Assembly (NCBI GenBank): GCA_001724265.1
Contig: MEDY01000208.1
Span: 62,001 to 109,353, forward strand
From: Rhizaria sp. SCN 62-66
Lineage: Eukaryota
Reading direction: 5' to 3'
Length of the DNA stretch: 47,353 bases
The position numbers and the translations under genes are program-made. Shown piece after piece: positions 1 through 10,185 of this stretch. Under the pieces are notes generated by a model that saw only the letters and a program-made list of their open reading frames with translations, was not told where the DNA came from and ran no database searches. Positions within the stretch are counted from its first letter, which is position 1. Every line of letters begins with the position of its first letter.

Positions 1-11
1 GCAACTTCACC

Positions 12-3000
12 ATGGGCCACGTCGTCGCCCCTCTGCACCACTTGTCTTCTTACCTCGTCCACATGGAGCAGCTCGACGATCCCGCCGCCCGCCTCTGTGC
101 GCCTGTGCTGCCCGACGCACTGGCCGAGCATTCGCGCGAGTTTGCCGCCACGCTCAACAAGGCCGTCACGGACGCTGTGGCCATCGCCGCCGCGGCCGCC
201 AACGTGTCGGCGTCGTCCACCGGCGTCGAGCACCTCAAGAACGCGATGGCCGCGATGGTGTCCGGTCAAACGGACCTCAGTTCGCAGGTTGTGCACGCCG
301 AACGCATGAAGCAGGACGCGACGCTGTGGCGCGCGCTGTGCGAGCTGGTTGAGCGCCGCATCGACGAGAGCTCTGGCAACACCACGCTCAACGCCACTCT
401 CGGCGGCGACACGAGCGACGCCGACATGGCGCTGGCCCGCCGCGCGCAGGCGTTGCTAGACGGCGTGCGGCCGCACTCGATGGTAGGCATCGCAATCGTG
501 CCCGCGCCAGACCGTGCCACGGGATCCGGCAAGGCCGTGTCTGCGGCGTCGTTCGTGCAGTCGATCGACGCCTTCATCGAGAACCACTACCTCGCGCTGC
601 AGTCCTCGGCCGCGGCCGGGCCTGGAGCCCCCGCGGCGGTGGCGCGCGCGCCCAAGCACGATGAGCTGCTCGAGCAGAAGTACCTCTTCGCAGTTGACCT
701 CGCTGTGTCGTACGCGTCTGCGCTCACGCTCGAGCAGTACCAGTGCCTGCTCGACCTCGGTGTGCAGGCCGCGACGCAGCTGGGCCAGTACTGCGAGACC
801 GCGCTCTTCTCGTACCTGTCCGAGCCCGCGCTTAACGCCGTCGAGGCCGCGATGCAGGACGCGCCGGAGCGCACGCGCCTCGCCGCGCAGGCCGCGCTCC
901 GCGCCCAGCGCGCGCTCAAGGATACGCTCGCCGTGCGCGCGCGGCTGTGCGCGCTGTACATCAGCTACGCGCAGCGCCGTCGCGCCGAGAAGGACGGCGT
1001 CGCCGTCGCGCTGCTGCCCGAGACGCTCGGCGGCCCCGCGGGCAACGGCGGCATTTCCTCAGCGCAGCTGCTGTCGGGCAGCGCGGGCACCGCCAACGCC
1101 ACGGGCGCGTACTTGGCTGGCGTGAGCGCGGGCGACTTTACCGCCGCGTGGCGCCACTACACCAAGTCGATCGAGTCGTCGGCGGCGCAGCACGAGGCGC
1201 TGCTGCCGCCGTGCCCATTCACGGCCAAGACTGCGATCCACGTGGTCCGCTACCTGGCCGAGAGCTCTGCGCGCGAGGCGCTGCTGGCGTCGCGCGAGCA
1301 GATTGACTCGGCCGGTGCGCTCGCGGCCGCGCTGTCCACGGCGCCCACGTCCGCGGTCGCGGCGTCGCTCATGTCGGCAGCGTCGGTGCTGTCCCCGACC
1401 GGCGGCAACAACGCGCCCCACCGCGGCGCGGTCTCGGCGATCGACGCGCTGACCACGGACGGCACCGTCGACGCAGTCGTCGGCACGGTCGACTCGCGGC
1501 TCTACGCCGTGCTTGCGCGCGCCATGCTGCCCGCGCTGGCCGCCGTGCGCTTCGCTATGCCCGCGGCCGTGAGCACGCTGCTCGAAGCCGTCGAGGCCGT
1601 CACGCCCGCCAACGCCGTGCCCGGCGAGACGCGCATCGCCGTCGCCAACAAGACGGTGCCGTCGGCGCTCGATGAGGCGATCGCGGTGTCGACGCAGTAC
1701 TCGCGCTTTCTCCCCACGCTCGCGCGCTGGGTGCAGTGGCGCGCGCAGGCGTACCAGCGCCTCGCGCAGTGGGTCGAGCTCGTCGTGCGCCCCGGGCTCC
1801 TCGTGCTCGCAGACGGGTCGCTCGTCAACGTGCACTCGGGCGCCGTCTCGGTCGTGCAGACGCTGACTGACCTTCTGGCCAAGGAGAACGCGTACCGCGA
1901 TGCCCAGGCGTACACGCAGATGTTTCTGTCGTACATCGAGACGATCCGCTGGCTTGCTCAGCGCGGCGCCTCTGCGGCGAGCTCTGTGGGCGCCAACACT
2001 GCGGAACTGCGCCAGCTCACCGCGCTGCGCCTCGCAGCGCTGGACCTGGCCGACGTTGCGCTCGACGATGCGCGCTCCCGCGACGCGCTCGTGACGGACG
2101 TGCTGGGGCAACCGTGCAAGACGCCGCTGGCGGGCCACCTCACGCTGCTCGTCGAGGAGCTTCTGCGCGACTTGGTCCCCGCGTTGGGCGAGGCGACGGA
2201 GCAGCCGCTGCGCGCGCAACTGCTGCTGCGCATCGCGGACCCTGTGGTTGCCGGTGAGTTTGCGCAGATGTGGCTGCCCGTGTGGCGCGACACCGAGATG
2301 TCGGCCGCCGTCGCCATGCGCTGCTTCTCCGCGCTCGCCGCGTATGTGCCGACGCTTGAGCAGCACATCCAGGCGCTCTACGCTAAGGCCGGCGTGGCTC
2401 CGGGCCAGGGCGCGCGCGCGCTGCCCGAGGGCTCGACCGTGCTGACCGAGGTGACGGTCGCCGAAGAGCGTCTGCAGCACACACTCGCGCTGCGCAACGC
2501 ACTCGCTCACGACTACCAGATGCTGCTGGTGTACCGCACGCTGCAACAGGCGGCGCGGCAGGCGACGCGGCAGCGCCAGGTGCTCACGCAGCACGTGCAC
2601 CTGGGCCGCGCTCTGCAGGGCGAGGCCCCGCCCGGTGCGATCCCGTCGCCCGACGAGCTCGAACTGCAGTCCAAGTTCCCCTCGTGGGTCGACTTACGCG
2701 CCGCGGCCGAGGCGAATCTGGACGCCGTGGTGGACCAGCTGTTGCTGTGGCGCCACCTGGGCCTTGCGCTCAAGCTCTACTCGATGCGCCTCGCACCCGT
2801 CGTCGACGCCGAGTCGCTGGGCGACCTCCAGGCCGTTTCTGCGGGCTTCGTGCTCACTCCCTCTGCCGAGCACGGCGCCGGTACTGAGGTCCGCCGCCGC
2901 TGGTTCTTCGGACAGGACCTGGCACCGCTGTCTGGCGCGGCGATGGGCCACAACGCGCACGTCGACGCCGCGACGGGCGGCCGCACGGGCATGTTCGGGC

Positions 3001-4379
3001 TCCACCTCGGTCTCGGCCTCGGCGTCGCGGACCGCGGCGTGCAGGCCGACTTCCCGCTCACGCTCTACACGAGCTGGCTGTCTGCGATGTCGGCGCAGGA
3101 GGCCGAGACCAAGTCCACGCCCGCCGGCTTCGACGCCGAGAGCCAGGCCATGCAGCGCCGGCTCGCTGTCAAGCTCGAGTCGACCTGCCTCGCCATGCTA
3201 CTGTCGCAGGGCGCGTCGGCGCGCTCGCGTCTGCGCGCGTTGCAGCGCGTGCAGGAGCTCAATGGACCCAACTTTAACGCGATCCAGGTGCTTCACATCC
3301 TCAAGTACCTTGTCATCCTGCTCGATCTGCCGCAGTCGCGCCTCATCGTCACGGACATCTTGCACCGCCGCTGGGCCGCGACCGCGGAGCAGCTCGCGCA
3401 GCTCGACGCCGAGGACGCTGAGACCGGCGGCGCCAACGGCGCGACGGGCGATAACAGCCACGGTGATGTCGACGCGACGTCACCCAAGGCGCTGCGCCGG
3501 CTGTACCCCATGCTGCCGCCCGGCGACGCGGCGTGGCTTCAGATGGCGCACGCGGCGTCGCGCATGCTGTCGATGCTACCCGCACGCGTGCAGTACGACC
3601 TGTGCACGCTGCTCGAGGCCGGTACCAACGGTGCGCAGACGCCCCAGGAGATCGTGGAAGGATTACTCCGCCTGGACCAGCCTGCGCTGGTGATGGCTGT
3701 GTTCCCCCGGTTCAAGCACCTGCTTTCGCTGGACAAGCTGCTGCTCTCAGCCACCGAGTGCTACACGGCGTTCTTCCTCCGCGGCGAGCGTGCCGTCACG
3801 GACGACGGCGTCGGCGCCGGCGAAGTCCCGCTCGAGACGGGCTTTTACTACCTCGACCTGTGCTTGCAGTTCGGCCAGGGCCAGTTCCAGCGCGTGGCGA
3901 CCAAGGTGCTTGAGATCGTGCAGACGCTTTCCCCGCTCGCGGGCTCCGTTCAGGCGCCCGAGGCAACGTACGACCTCACGGCGCGCCTGCTCGTGCACAA
4001 GCTGCTGCGGTACTGCCACACTTACTGCTACGCGCACTGCGACACGCAGACGCAGGTGCGGTTCCTGTACTACTACCGCGAGCTCGTTGGCCCCGGTGTC
4101 GACGCCGGCATCGACGCTAAGATCGCGGATGCGATGCAGGCGCAGGCCGCGCTGCAGACGGCCGAGCTTGTGCGCGCTGAGGCCGAGGCCTACGCGCGCG
4201 CGCAGCAGGACACCGTCGCGCAGGCCGGTGCGAGTCCCAACGTTGTCGCGTCGAACGAGGCGCTGGTCGAGGACGCGCCGGAGGAGGACTACGAGTACGA
4301 GGAGGAGTATGAGGACGAGGAGGACGAGTACGAGGACGACGCCGAAGAGGACGCTGCCAACGATGACCCCTACAACTGA
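12..4379 (+). CDS. Uncharacterised large Ala/Leu-rich, probably alpha-helical protein with an acidic C-terminal tail; may be 5'-truncated by the window edge
   Basis: 1455-codon ORF with strongly GC3-biased codons, ending in TGA (4377-4379) followed by an AT-rich spacer. The frame is open back to position 3, so the true start may lie upstream. The C-terminus is EEDYEYEEEYEDEEDEYEDD. No family recognised. Confidence 0.8.
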   Translation: MGHVVAPLHHLSSYLVHMEQLDDPAARLCAPVLPDALAEHSREFAATLNKAVTDAVAIAAAAANVSASSTGVEHLKNAMAAMVSGQTDLSSQVVHAERMKQDATLWRALCELVERRIDESSGNTTLNATLGGDTSDADMALARRAQALLDGVRPHSMVGIAIVPAPDRATGSGKAVSAASFVQSIDAFIENHYLALQSSAAAGPGAPAAVARAPKHDELLEQKYLFAVDLAVSYASALTLEQYQCLLDLGVQAATQLGQYCETALFSYLSEPALNAVEAAMQDAPERTRLAAQAALRAQRALKDTLAVRARLCALYISYAQRRRAEKDGVAVALLPETLGGPAGNGGISSAQLLSGSAGTANATGAYLAGVSAGDFTAAWRHYTKSIESSAAQHEALLPPCPFTAKTAIHVVRYLAESSAREALLASREQIDSAGALAAALSTAPTSAVAASLMSAASVLSPTGGNNAPHRGAVSAIDALTTDGTVDAVVGTVDSRLYAVLARAMLPALAAVRFAMPAAVSTLLEAVEAVTPANAVPGETRIAVANKTVPSALDEAIAVSTQYSRFLPTLARWVQWRAQAYQRLAQWVELVVRPGLLVLADGSLVNVHSGAVSVVQTLTDLLAKENAYRDAQAYTQMFLSYIETIRWLAQRGASAASSVGANTAELRQLTALRLAALDLADVALDDARSRDALVTDVLGQPCKTPLAGHLTLLVEELLRDLVPALGEATEQPLRAQLLLRIADPVVAGEFAQMWLPVWRDTEMSAAVAMRCFSALAAYVPTLEQHIQALYAKAGVAPGQGARALPEGSTVLTEVTVAEERLQHTLALRNALAHDYQMLLVYRTLQQAARQATRQRQVLTQHVHLGRALQGEAPPGAIPSPDELELQSKFPSWVDLRAAAEANLDAVVDQLLLWRHLGLALKLYSMRLAPVVDAESLGDLQAVSAGFVLTPSAEHGAGTEVRRRWFFGQDLAPLSGAAMGHNAHVDAATGGRTGMFGLHLGLGLGVADRGVQADFPLTLYTSWLSAMSAQEAETKSTPAGFDAESQAMQRRLAVKLESTCLAMLLSQGASARSRLRALQRVQELNGPNFNAIQVLHILKYLVILLDLPQSRLIVTDILHRRWAATAEQLAQLDAEDAETGGANGATGDNSHGDVDATSPKALRRLYPMLPPGDAAWLQMAHAASRMLSMLPARVQYDLCTLLEAGTNGAQTPQEIVEGLLRLDQPALVMAVFPRFKHLLSLDKLLLSATECYTAFFLRGERAVTDDGVGAGEVPLETGFYYLDLCLQFGQGQFQRVATKVLEIVQTLSPLAGSVQAPEATYDLTARLLVHKLLRYCHTYCYAHCDTQTQVRFLYYYRELVGPGVDAGIDAKIADAMQAQAALQTAELVRAEAEAYARAQQDTVAQAGASPNVVASNEALVEDAPEEDYEYEEEYEDEEDEYEDDAEEDAANDDPYN

Positions 4380-5232
4380 AGTACTCGTCAGTCACTCTAA
4401 ACGAGCTCGCGCAAAAGTGAAGTGAAGCGAGTGCTCAATGATGGGCCGTTTTTAGATTTGGTTTTAGGTTTTTGTAAATATGACTCATTATGCAACGTAA
4501 TAATAGCTGTATTGTCTCTTTTTTGTGTTGCCACTAGCTTCACTAATAATACTAATAATACTATAAGTAAATCTTAATAAAGCAATTTCACATTGAATCA
4601 AGAGAGTACTGCTTCACTACAGTTCCCCGAATGTTGAAATGCCTTTCAAGCCATGTCAACTTAAAAGAGCTTGTTGGTAATGTAGCAGAATATTGGCTTA
4701 CGTACAAATATCTACTGATGTTCACGCACAGTCTCAGAAGATGATGCTCACAGTCATTTCACATCACAATCGCTGCACTTAAAACACGCTAGCATTCATG
4801 CACTTTTGTTAGACTTGACAGTTTTGTTTTATCGATTCATCAAATCCCTGCATTTAAACGTCGTCACAATGCAAATAAATTTACGTGCATGTAGATATCA
4901 CAAAAAATTGACAACGCTCGAATTGGGTGCGGTCGCAACTTGAAACGAATTCCATGCCAGCTCGCAGACAGACAGCGAACAAGCAACTTTATGACAAAGT
5001 ACAACTGACCTGAAGAATGATGCCAAAGCAAATGCGACAGATTGCTTCAAGTAGATCATACTTGTTTCTTTATTGAAAAAAAAGGTTCATGTTCGAATCT
5101 ATTGTTTATACCTTTGATTTCACTTCAGATCATACTCGGTATTCCTCCTGCGTCCCACCTATCTGTTCTCACTCTGCACTTCGTCTACGCCTTTACCACA
5201 TCTTTGTACATCGTTTTTATTAGCTTAGCAAC

Positions 5233-8200
5233 ATGTCGTCAGACATGCCCGATCGCTTTTACAAGCGCAACCGGGAGTTTCTGCCGCCCGTGACCGCCAC
5301 CGGTGCGCCGGGCGGTCTCAACGACGGCGTGCCGCCGCCTGACGCGACGCAGATGAACCGTACTCTCGAGTACCTGCGTTCCGACGCTCTGCGCGACAAC
5401 CCCGCCATGGCCAAACGCATCTTTAACTCCGACGCCTACGCCGCTCTGGCGCCGCGCCTGCACGCCACGACCGCGCTCGACAAGGAAGTCAACGCCGACG
5501 CTGGCACCCGCCGCTAGCAGCGCAAGCTCCAGGGCGACGTTGCCAAGGGCGGCCGCGGAGGCCGCTTCACCGCCGGCACAGTTGACGACGACATTGAGGA
5601 CATCTGGGACGAGCTCGAGTGCAATCGCAAGCAGGAGTTTGCTCAGCACGCGCGCGCCGAGCACGAGCGTTTCCAGCGCAAGATCCATGACCAGGAAGTT
5701 GTGTTCGCCGGTGAGGTTGAGAAGAGCAAGGCGGCCATCCGCAAGCGCGACTCGCCTGACATGCCCACGCACGCCTCCAACGTGTCCGCTATTGTCGGCG
5801 AGGGTAAGTCCAAGAGCAAGAGCAAGCGTAAGAGCGAGATCGAGACTCAGGAGATCGCTCCTGCGCCCCACGGCAAGACGATGCCCGCGCACATCCAGTC
5901 TCAGCCGCAGCAGTCGCACATTGCTGCCAAGTCAGCGCAGCAGCCGCAGCACACGCTGTTCGGCGCGTCCCTCGACGACGTCGACGCGCGCGCCCGTTTA
6001 CAGAGCGAGATGCGGCGCGCGAACCGCAAGCTCTCGGCCGCGATGGGCGAGCTCGACGGCGCCGTGGACCGGCTGAAGCGCGTGCAGAGTGACAGCAAAA
6101 ACCGCGACGCGCCCATCTCTGGCGCGACTCCCGAGGAGGCCGAAGCGCGCCGCTGCCAGCGCGAGAAGTGCATCCAGCGCGGCGTGTGCAAGAACACCGC
6201 CAGGTGCGCGCAGCTAAACAAGGAGATGGCTGCACAGAGTCAAGGCCAGTCGCACAGTCAGGGCCAGAGCAAGATCCAGCAACAGACGCAGGCGTGTGAC
6301 CGCAAGGGCACAATCTGCGCTGCGGGCACCTGCGACCGCTCTCTGTGCCAGGGCAAGATTGCGCACAGCGAGGTCGGCGGGACAAACACAAAGGAGATGC
6401 GCAAGGAGTGCACTAAGGCCAAGGAGATCGCCGCGGCCGCCGCTGCTATGGGAGCAATCAAGAGCGGCATGGACGCGGCGCCACTCCGCAGCAGCGCTAA
6501 GAGTGGCACTAGCAGCAGCAGCAGTGCTATTAACAAGGGCAAGCGCGGCGCGACCATGCCGGTGCGCAGCGCATTTGGTGAGGACACCACAACTGAGGAG
6601 TCCGAGTCCGACGCCAGCACCACAAGCGCCGGCACAAGCGACGTCAGCAGCACGACGAGCTCCGGCACCAGCAGCGAGAGCAGCGACAGCGAGGCCGAGT
6701 GGCAGCAAGTCCGCGGCACGCGCAGCAAGGAGCGCGCGATTCGCCGCCAGGAGCTTCGCCGCCAGCGCGGACCGGCGGCGGACGCGATGTCATCGCTGAC
6801 CGACGTCGCCGGCTTCCGCGCCAGTGCGCACAACGAGAACGAGCAAGAGTGCCTCGCCCGCCGAGCCAACGCCAAGGCCGATGCGGCTGCGTTGGGCGCC
6901 AGCGACTCGTGCTTCGCGGTTCGCCACGCCGGCGCGCGCGAGACCCCGCTGGAGGCGGAGGCGCGGTGGCAGCGGGAGCACGACGACGCGCTGTTTGCGC
7001 GCGCGGCTCGGCGCAAGGACCATAAGATTCGACGCGCAATCCAGGAGCAGGGGCTGCCGCTGGCGGCCGCTGTGGCCGCTGCGGGCGGCGCAGCCGTGCC
7101 GGTGCCGGTGCTGGCCGAGATTGCCAGGCCGTACCAGGCGACTCCGCTGCGGCTTGAGGGCGCAAGCAAGGAGTCGCGTGCCAAGGAGGTCCGCCGCGCC
7201 GAGCGGGCTGCGCGCCGCGCGGAGAAGGACGAGCGCCGCCGCACGCGCGAGCTGGGCCGCGACATCAACGCTCAGCCGCACTACACCGGTCTGTTTGAGC
7301 CGGGCCACGAACAGCACATCTGGGGCGAGCGTGACTACGCCCACCAACAACAACAGCAGCAGCAACAGCAGCCTCAGTATCAGCGCCAACAGCAGCGCGG
7401 GCTACAGCGCGAGCGTGAGGAGGAGTTCCCGCCCCACGGCCACGCGAGCGGCAGCGAAGCCGAAGCTGGACCATGCTGGGACGGTCTATTTGTGCCCGGC
7501 CACGAGCAGCACCTGTGGGGCGAGCGTGACCCTGACGCGCCTGTCTTCCACCCGCCGCACCAGCACTACGCGCAGCAGATGCAGCGCGGCCAGGGCCAGC
7601 AGCAGCAGCGGGCAATGCAGTACCAGCAGCAACAGCGCCCCATGCAACAGCAACAGCAACAGCATTACCAGCAGCAGCAGCCCCAACAACAGCAGCGCTC
7701 GATGCAGCAGCAGCAGCAACAACCGCAGCAGCCGCGCGGACAGCAGCAACAAGGGCTGCAGCAACAGCAGCAGTTGCAGCGCGGCAACATCCAGCGCGAC
7801 GGCCACATTGCAGGCTGCCCGCGCTCAACGCACACGAGCTCCGCCGGCACAACCGCAGCGCGAAGCGGCAGTGTGCGCAGCGGCAGTGACGAGGGCGGGT
7901 ATGATCCGCACACGCGCGCTGTATCGGAAGACGAATGGAGCGGCACTGATATGACGCTGCCAGATAAGCCCATGCCCACGTACCAAGGGCTCTTTGACGA
8001 TGTACGCTAAGAATTTAGTGGTGAACCCGGCATATCTACTATTTGCTTACTATATGATAGTATCATTGAGACACGTTGCAAATTTCTTTTTCATATCCTA
8101 CGTTTTCTATCTTTTCTTTGTTCCTCCTTGCGTAGAGTTCTGAGCAGCACCTGTGGGGCCACCAGGACCCCAACGCAGTGCATTACTTCCACCACCCCAG

Positions 8201-9824
8201 CCACATCCAGCAGCACGATCAGCAGCAGCAGCAGCAGCCGCAGTCTCAGCGCGGCCGCAACATGAGCGACTACGTGCAAAGCGGTGCGCACGCCACGCAC
8301 GCCGGTCACTTCCCTGCCGACGGCCGCAGTCAGTACATCGCTTCGCACGGTCACCCTGACCCTCGCAGTCGCGGGCACCCGGACGCTGGCGCGAGGCCGT
8401 TTTACCCGTCCAACCAGGCCAGCATGACTCAGCAGCAAAACATGCAGCACATGCAGCAGCAGCCGCAGCATCAGCGGCACCAGCGCGGACAGGCGATGCA
8501 GATGCAGAGCTCCAGCATCAACGGGCAGACGCAGTCCAAGATTAAGCCCGAGTCGAGCTCGACTAGCGCCAGCAGCAGCAGCGGCGGCAGCACGAACAAG
8601 TACGGATACAGTGCGTCGCGCTACGGCTACCCCGCGCAATGGCAGGGGGCGATTTCACCGCGCACCGCCGCCGCGGCAGCCCAGGAACGCGGCACTCAGC
8701 ACGAGCATTTCGTGCGCCAGCAACAAGAAATGCACCGTGAGCAGCACTTGCAGCAACAGCAACATATGCAGCAGCAGCAGCAGCAGCAGTTGCGGCGCTC
8801 CAGTGACTCCGCACAGCAGCCTCAGCAGCAGCGACTGCGCTCTCAGCAGGCGCAACAGCAGCAGCGCCCTCAGCACGAGCAGCACCAGCAGCACCATCAG
8901 CAGCATCAACAGCAGCAGCAGGGCGACAGTGACGTCAACGCCAGCGGCGAGCGCGTTCGCTACGACGGCCACAAGATTGCGATGCACATGGACACCTGGC
9001 GCGAGTTCGACTTCACCAAGGAGGACGACCCGATGCCGCGCTACACCGGCCTGTTTGCAGACGACGAAGAGCAACACCTGTGGGGGCACCGCGACAACCG
9101 CGGGCGCAGCACCGACCGCGGCGGGTACCGGATGTAGAGTGGCCGGCCGTCATCTCAACAGCACCCAAAGCAACAACAGCAACAGCAACAGCAGCAACAA
9201 ACTGCAATCCCTGTGGGCGCGGCAACTCAGGCCATGCGCAGCGTCGCCTCTGCGCTCCGCAGCGAGCATAGGCAGCAGAGTCAGCGCAGTGACCCCAGTC
9301 AGCAGCGTCAGCACAGTGCCTCTGAGCATCAGCAAAGTGACCGTGAGCAGCAGCAAAGCGACAACCGCGCTGCCGCTGAGGCAGAGTTCACCAGCTCCGG
9401 CCATCGGCACCGTGCGACGAGTAACATTGCTCACAGTCACGCACGGACCCACCACGGCGAGTTTTCGCGCTCGACCGGGCTGAGGCACGTGCCGGCGCTG
9501 GCCTCGACCACGCACATCGGCAACTTCAACGCAGCTGCTGGAGCTCATATCGGTCGTGTCTACCTTGGCCGTGGGCATGGAGACCGTGACCGTGAGCAGC
9601 GCGACCGTGAGCGTGAACGGCGTGACCGTCTCAGTGAGTCGGAGTACAGTCGCGCGTGCGAGGCCGAGCGGCAGCGACAAATGCGTGCCGTCGACTATCA
9701 CATGTCGCACAGTCATCAAGCACACGGCGGCGACGGCGAGCACAGGGGCCACCACGTTGTGAACCCGCACAGCTACTGCGTTGATAGCAAGCGGGAGGGA
9801 GGCGAGGTGCATTGGCGCCCGTAA
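5233..9824 (+). CDS. Gln-rich low-complexity protein (~1485 aa) with four GLF-x4-EQH[IL]WG repeats; 2 exons; two in-frame TAG codons
   Basis: Exons 5233-8001 and 8136-9824; intron GTACGC...cttgcgtag in phase 0. The splice rebuilds a full repeat copy (YQGLFDD|SSEQHLWGHQD). ORF pieces 5233..5517 and 5701..8010 share one frame, as do 8178..9137 and 9213..9824; each pair is separated only by a TAG (5515-5517, 9135-9137). Ends in TAA. Confidence 0.8.
5515..5517 (+). other. In-frame TAG, candidate sense codon
   Basis: CGC CGC TAG CAG CGC AAG CTC; the same frame stays open with coding-type codons to the intron at 8002. Confidence 0.8.
7282..9095 (+). repeat. Four copies of an 18-aa motif [YW]xGLFxxxxEQH[IL]WG[EH][RQ]D
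   Basis: Copies at 7282-7335, 7477-7530, 7981-8001 + 8136-8168 (split by the intron) and 9042-9095. Confidence 0.9.
8002..8135 (+). other. Spliceosomal intron (134 nt)
   Basis: GTACGC donor, AT-rich body, pyrimidine tract and TAG acceptor; removal restores frame and repeat motif. Confidence 0.9.
9135..9137 (+). other. In-frame TAG, candidate sense codon
   Basis: CGG ATG TAG AGT GGC CGG; the frame continues through a CAA/CAG tract to TAA at 9822-9824. Confidence 0.75.
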
Positions 9825-10185
9825 GTGTGCGCAAGGCCAAGCGACTGCTTCATATTGCAATAATGTAACAAACTAACGAATCTTGGAGATTTTTAAACGC
9901 GAATTCTCACAATATTGACTTTTAATTGCAGTATATCTCCGCGTTGACGCATATAACGGTTAAAGTAACATCACCAAGCGAAACACGCAGATCGAGTAGA
10001 TGTATTCTTGCTTTGAATTATGAACAGGTATTCAAGATCCGAAAATACATCAACATTTGTGTATGAAGATACAACGAGAAAATAAACATGAAAAACAAAA
10101 TATTTTAATCAAATCAAATCTATCAAAAAAAAATTGGTGGTCATCAGAAGTACCAAGCTGCATATAATACAATTTAAAGCTTAAC

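Noticed and set aside
1059-2600. Long antisense and alternative-frame ORFs here and across the window (e.g. 12175..13119, 15956..17182, 21780..22919, 32630..33472)
   Set aside because: Shadows of GC3-rich, Ala/Gln-rich coding strands; translations are poly-L/C/R/S with no motifs.
3200-3330. Faint resemblance of ARSRLRALQ...LKYLVILLDL to the KNTC1/ROD C-terminal region
   Set aside because: Only a few residues from memory; not enough to name the gene.
9821-9826. GTAAGT overlapping the TAA stop as a donor extending the Gln-rich gene
   Set aside because: It does not match the local GTACG consensus, and no exon-like sequence lies before the convergent gene ending at 10186.
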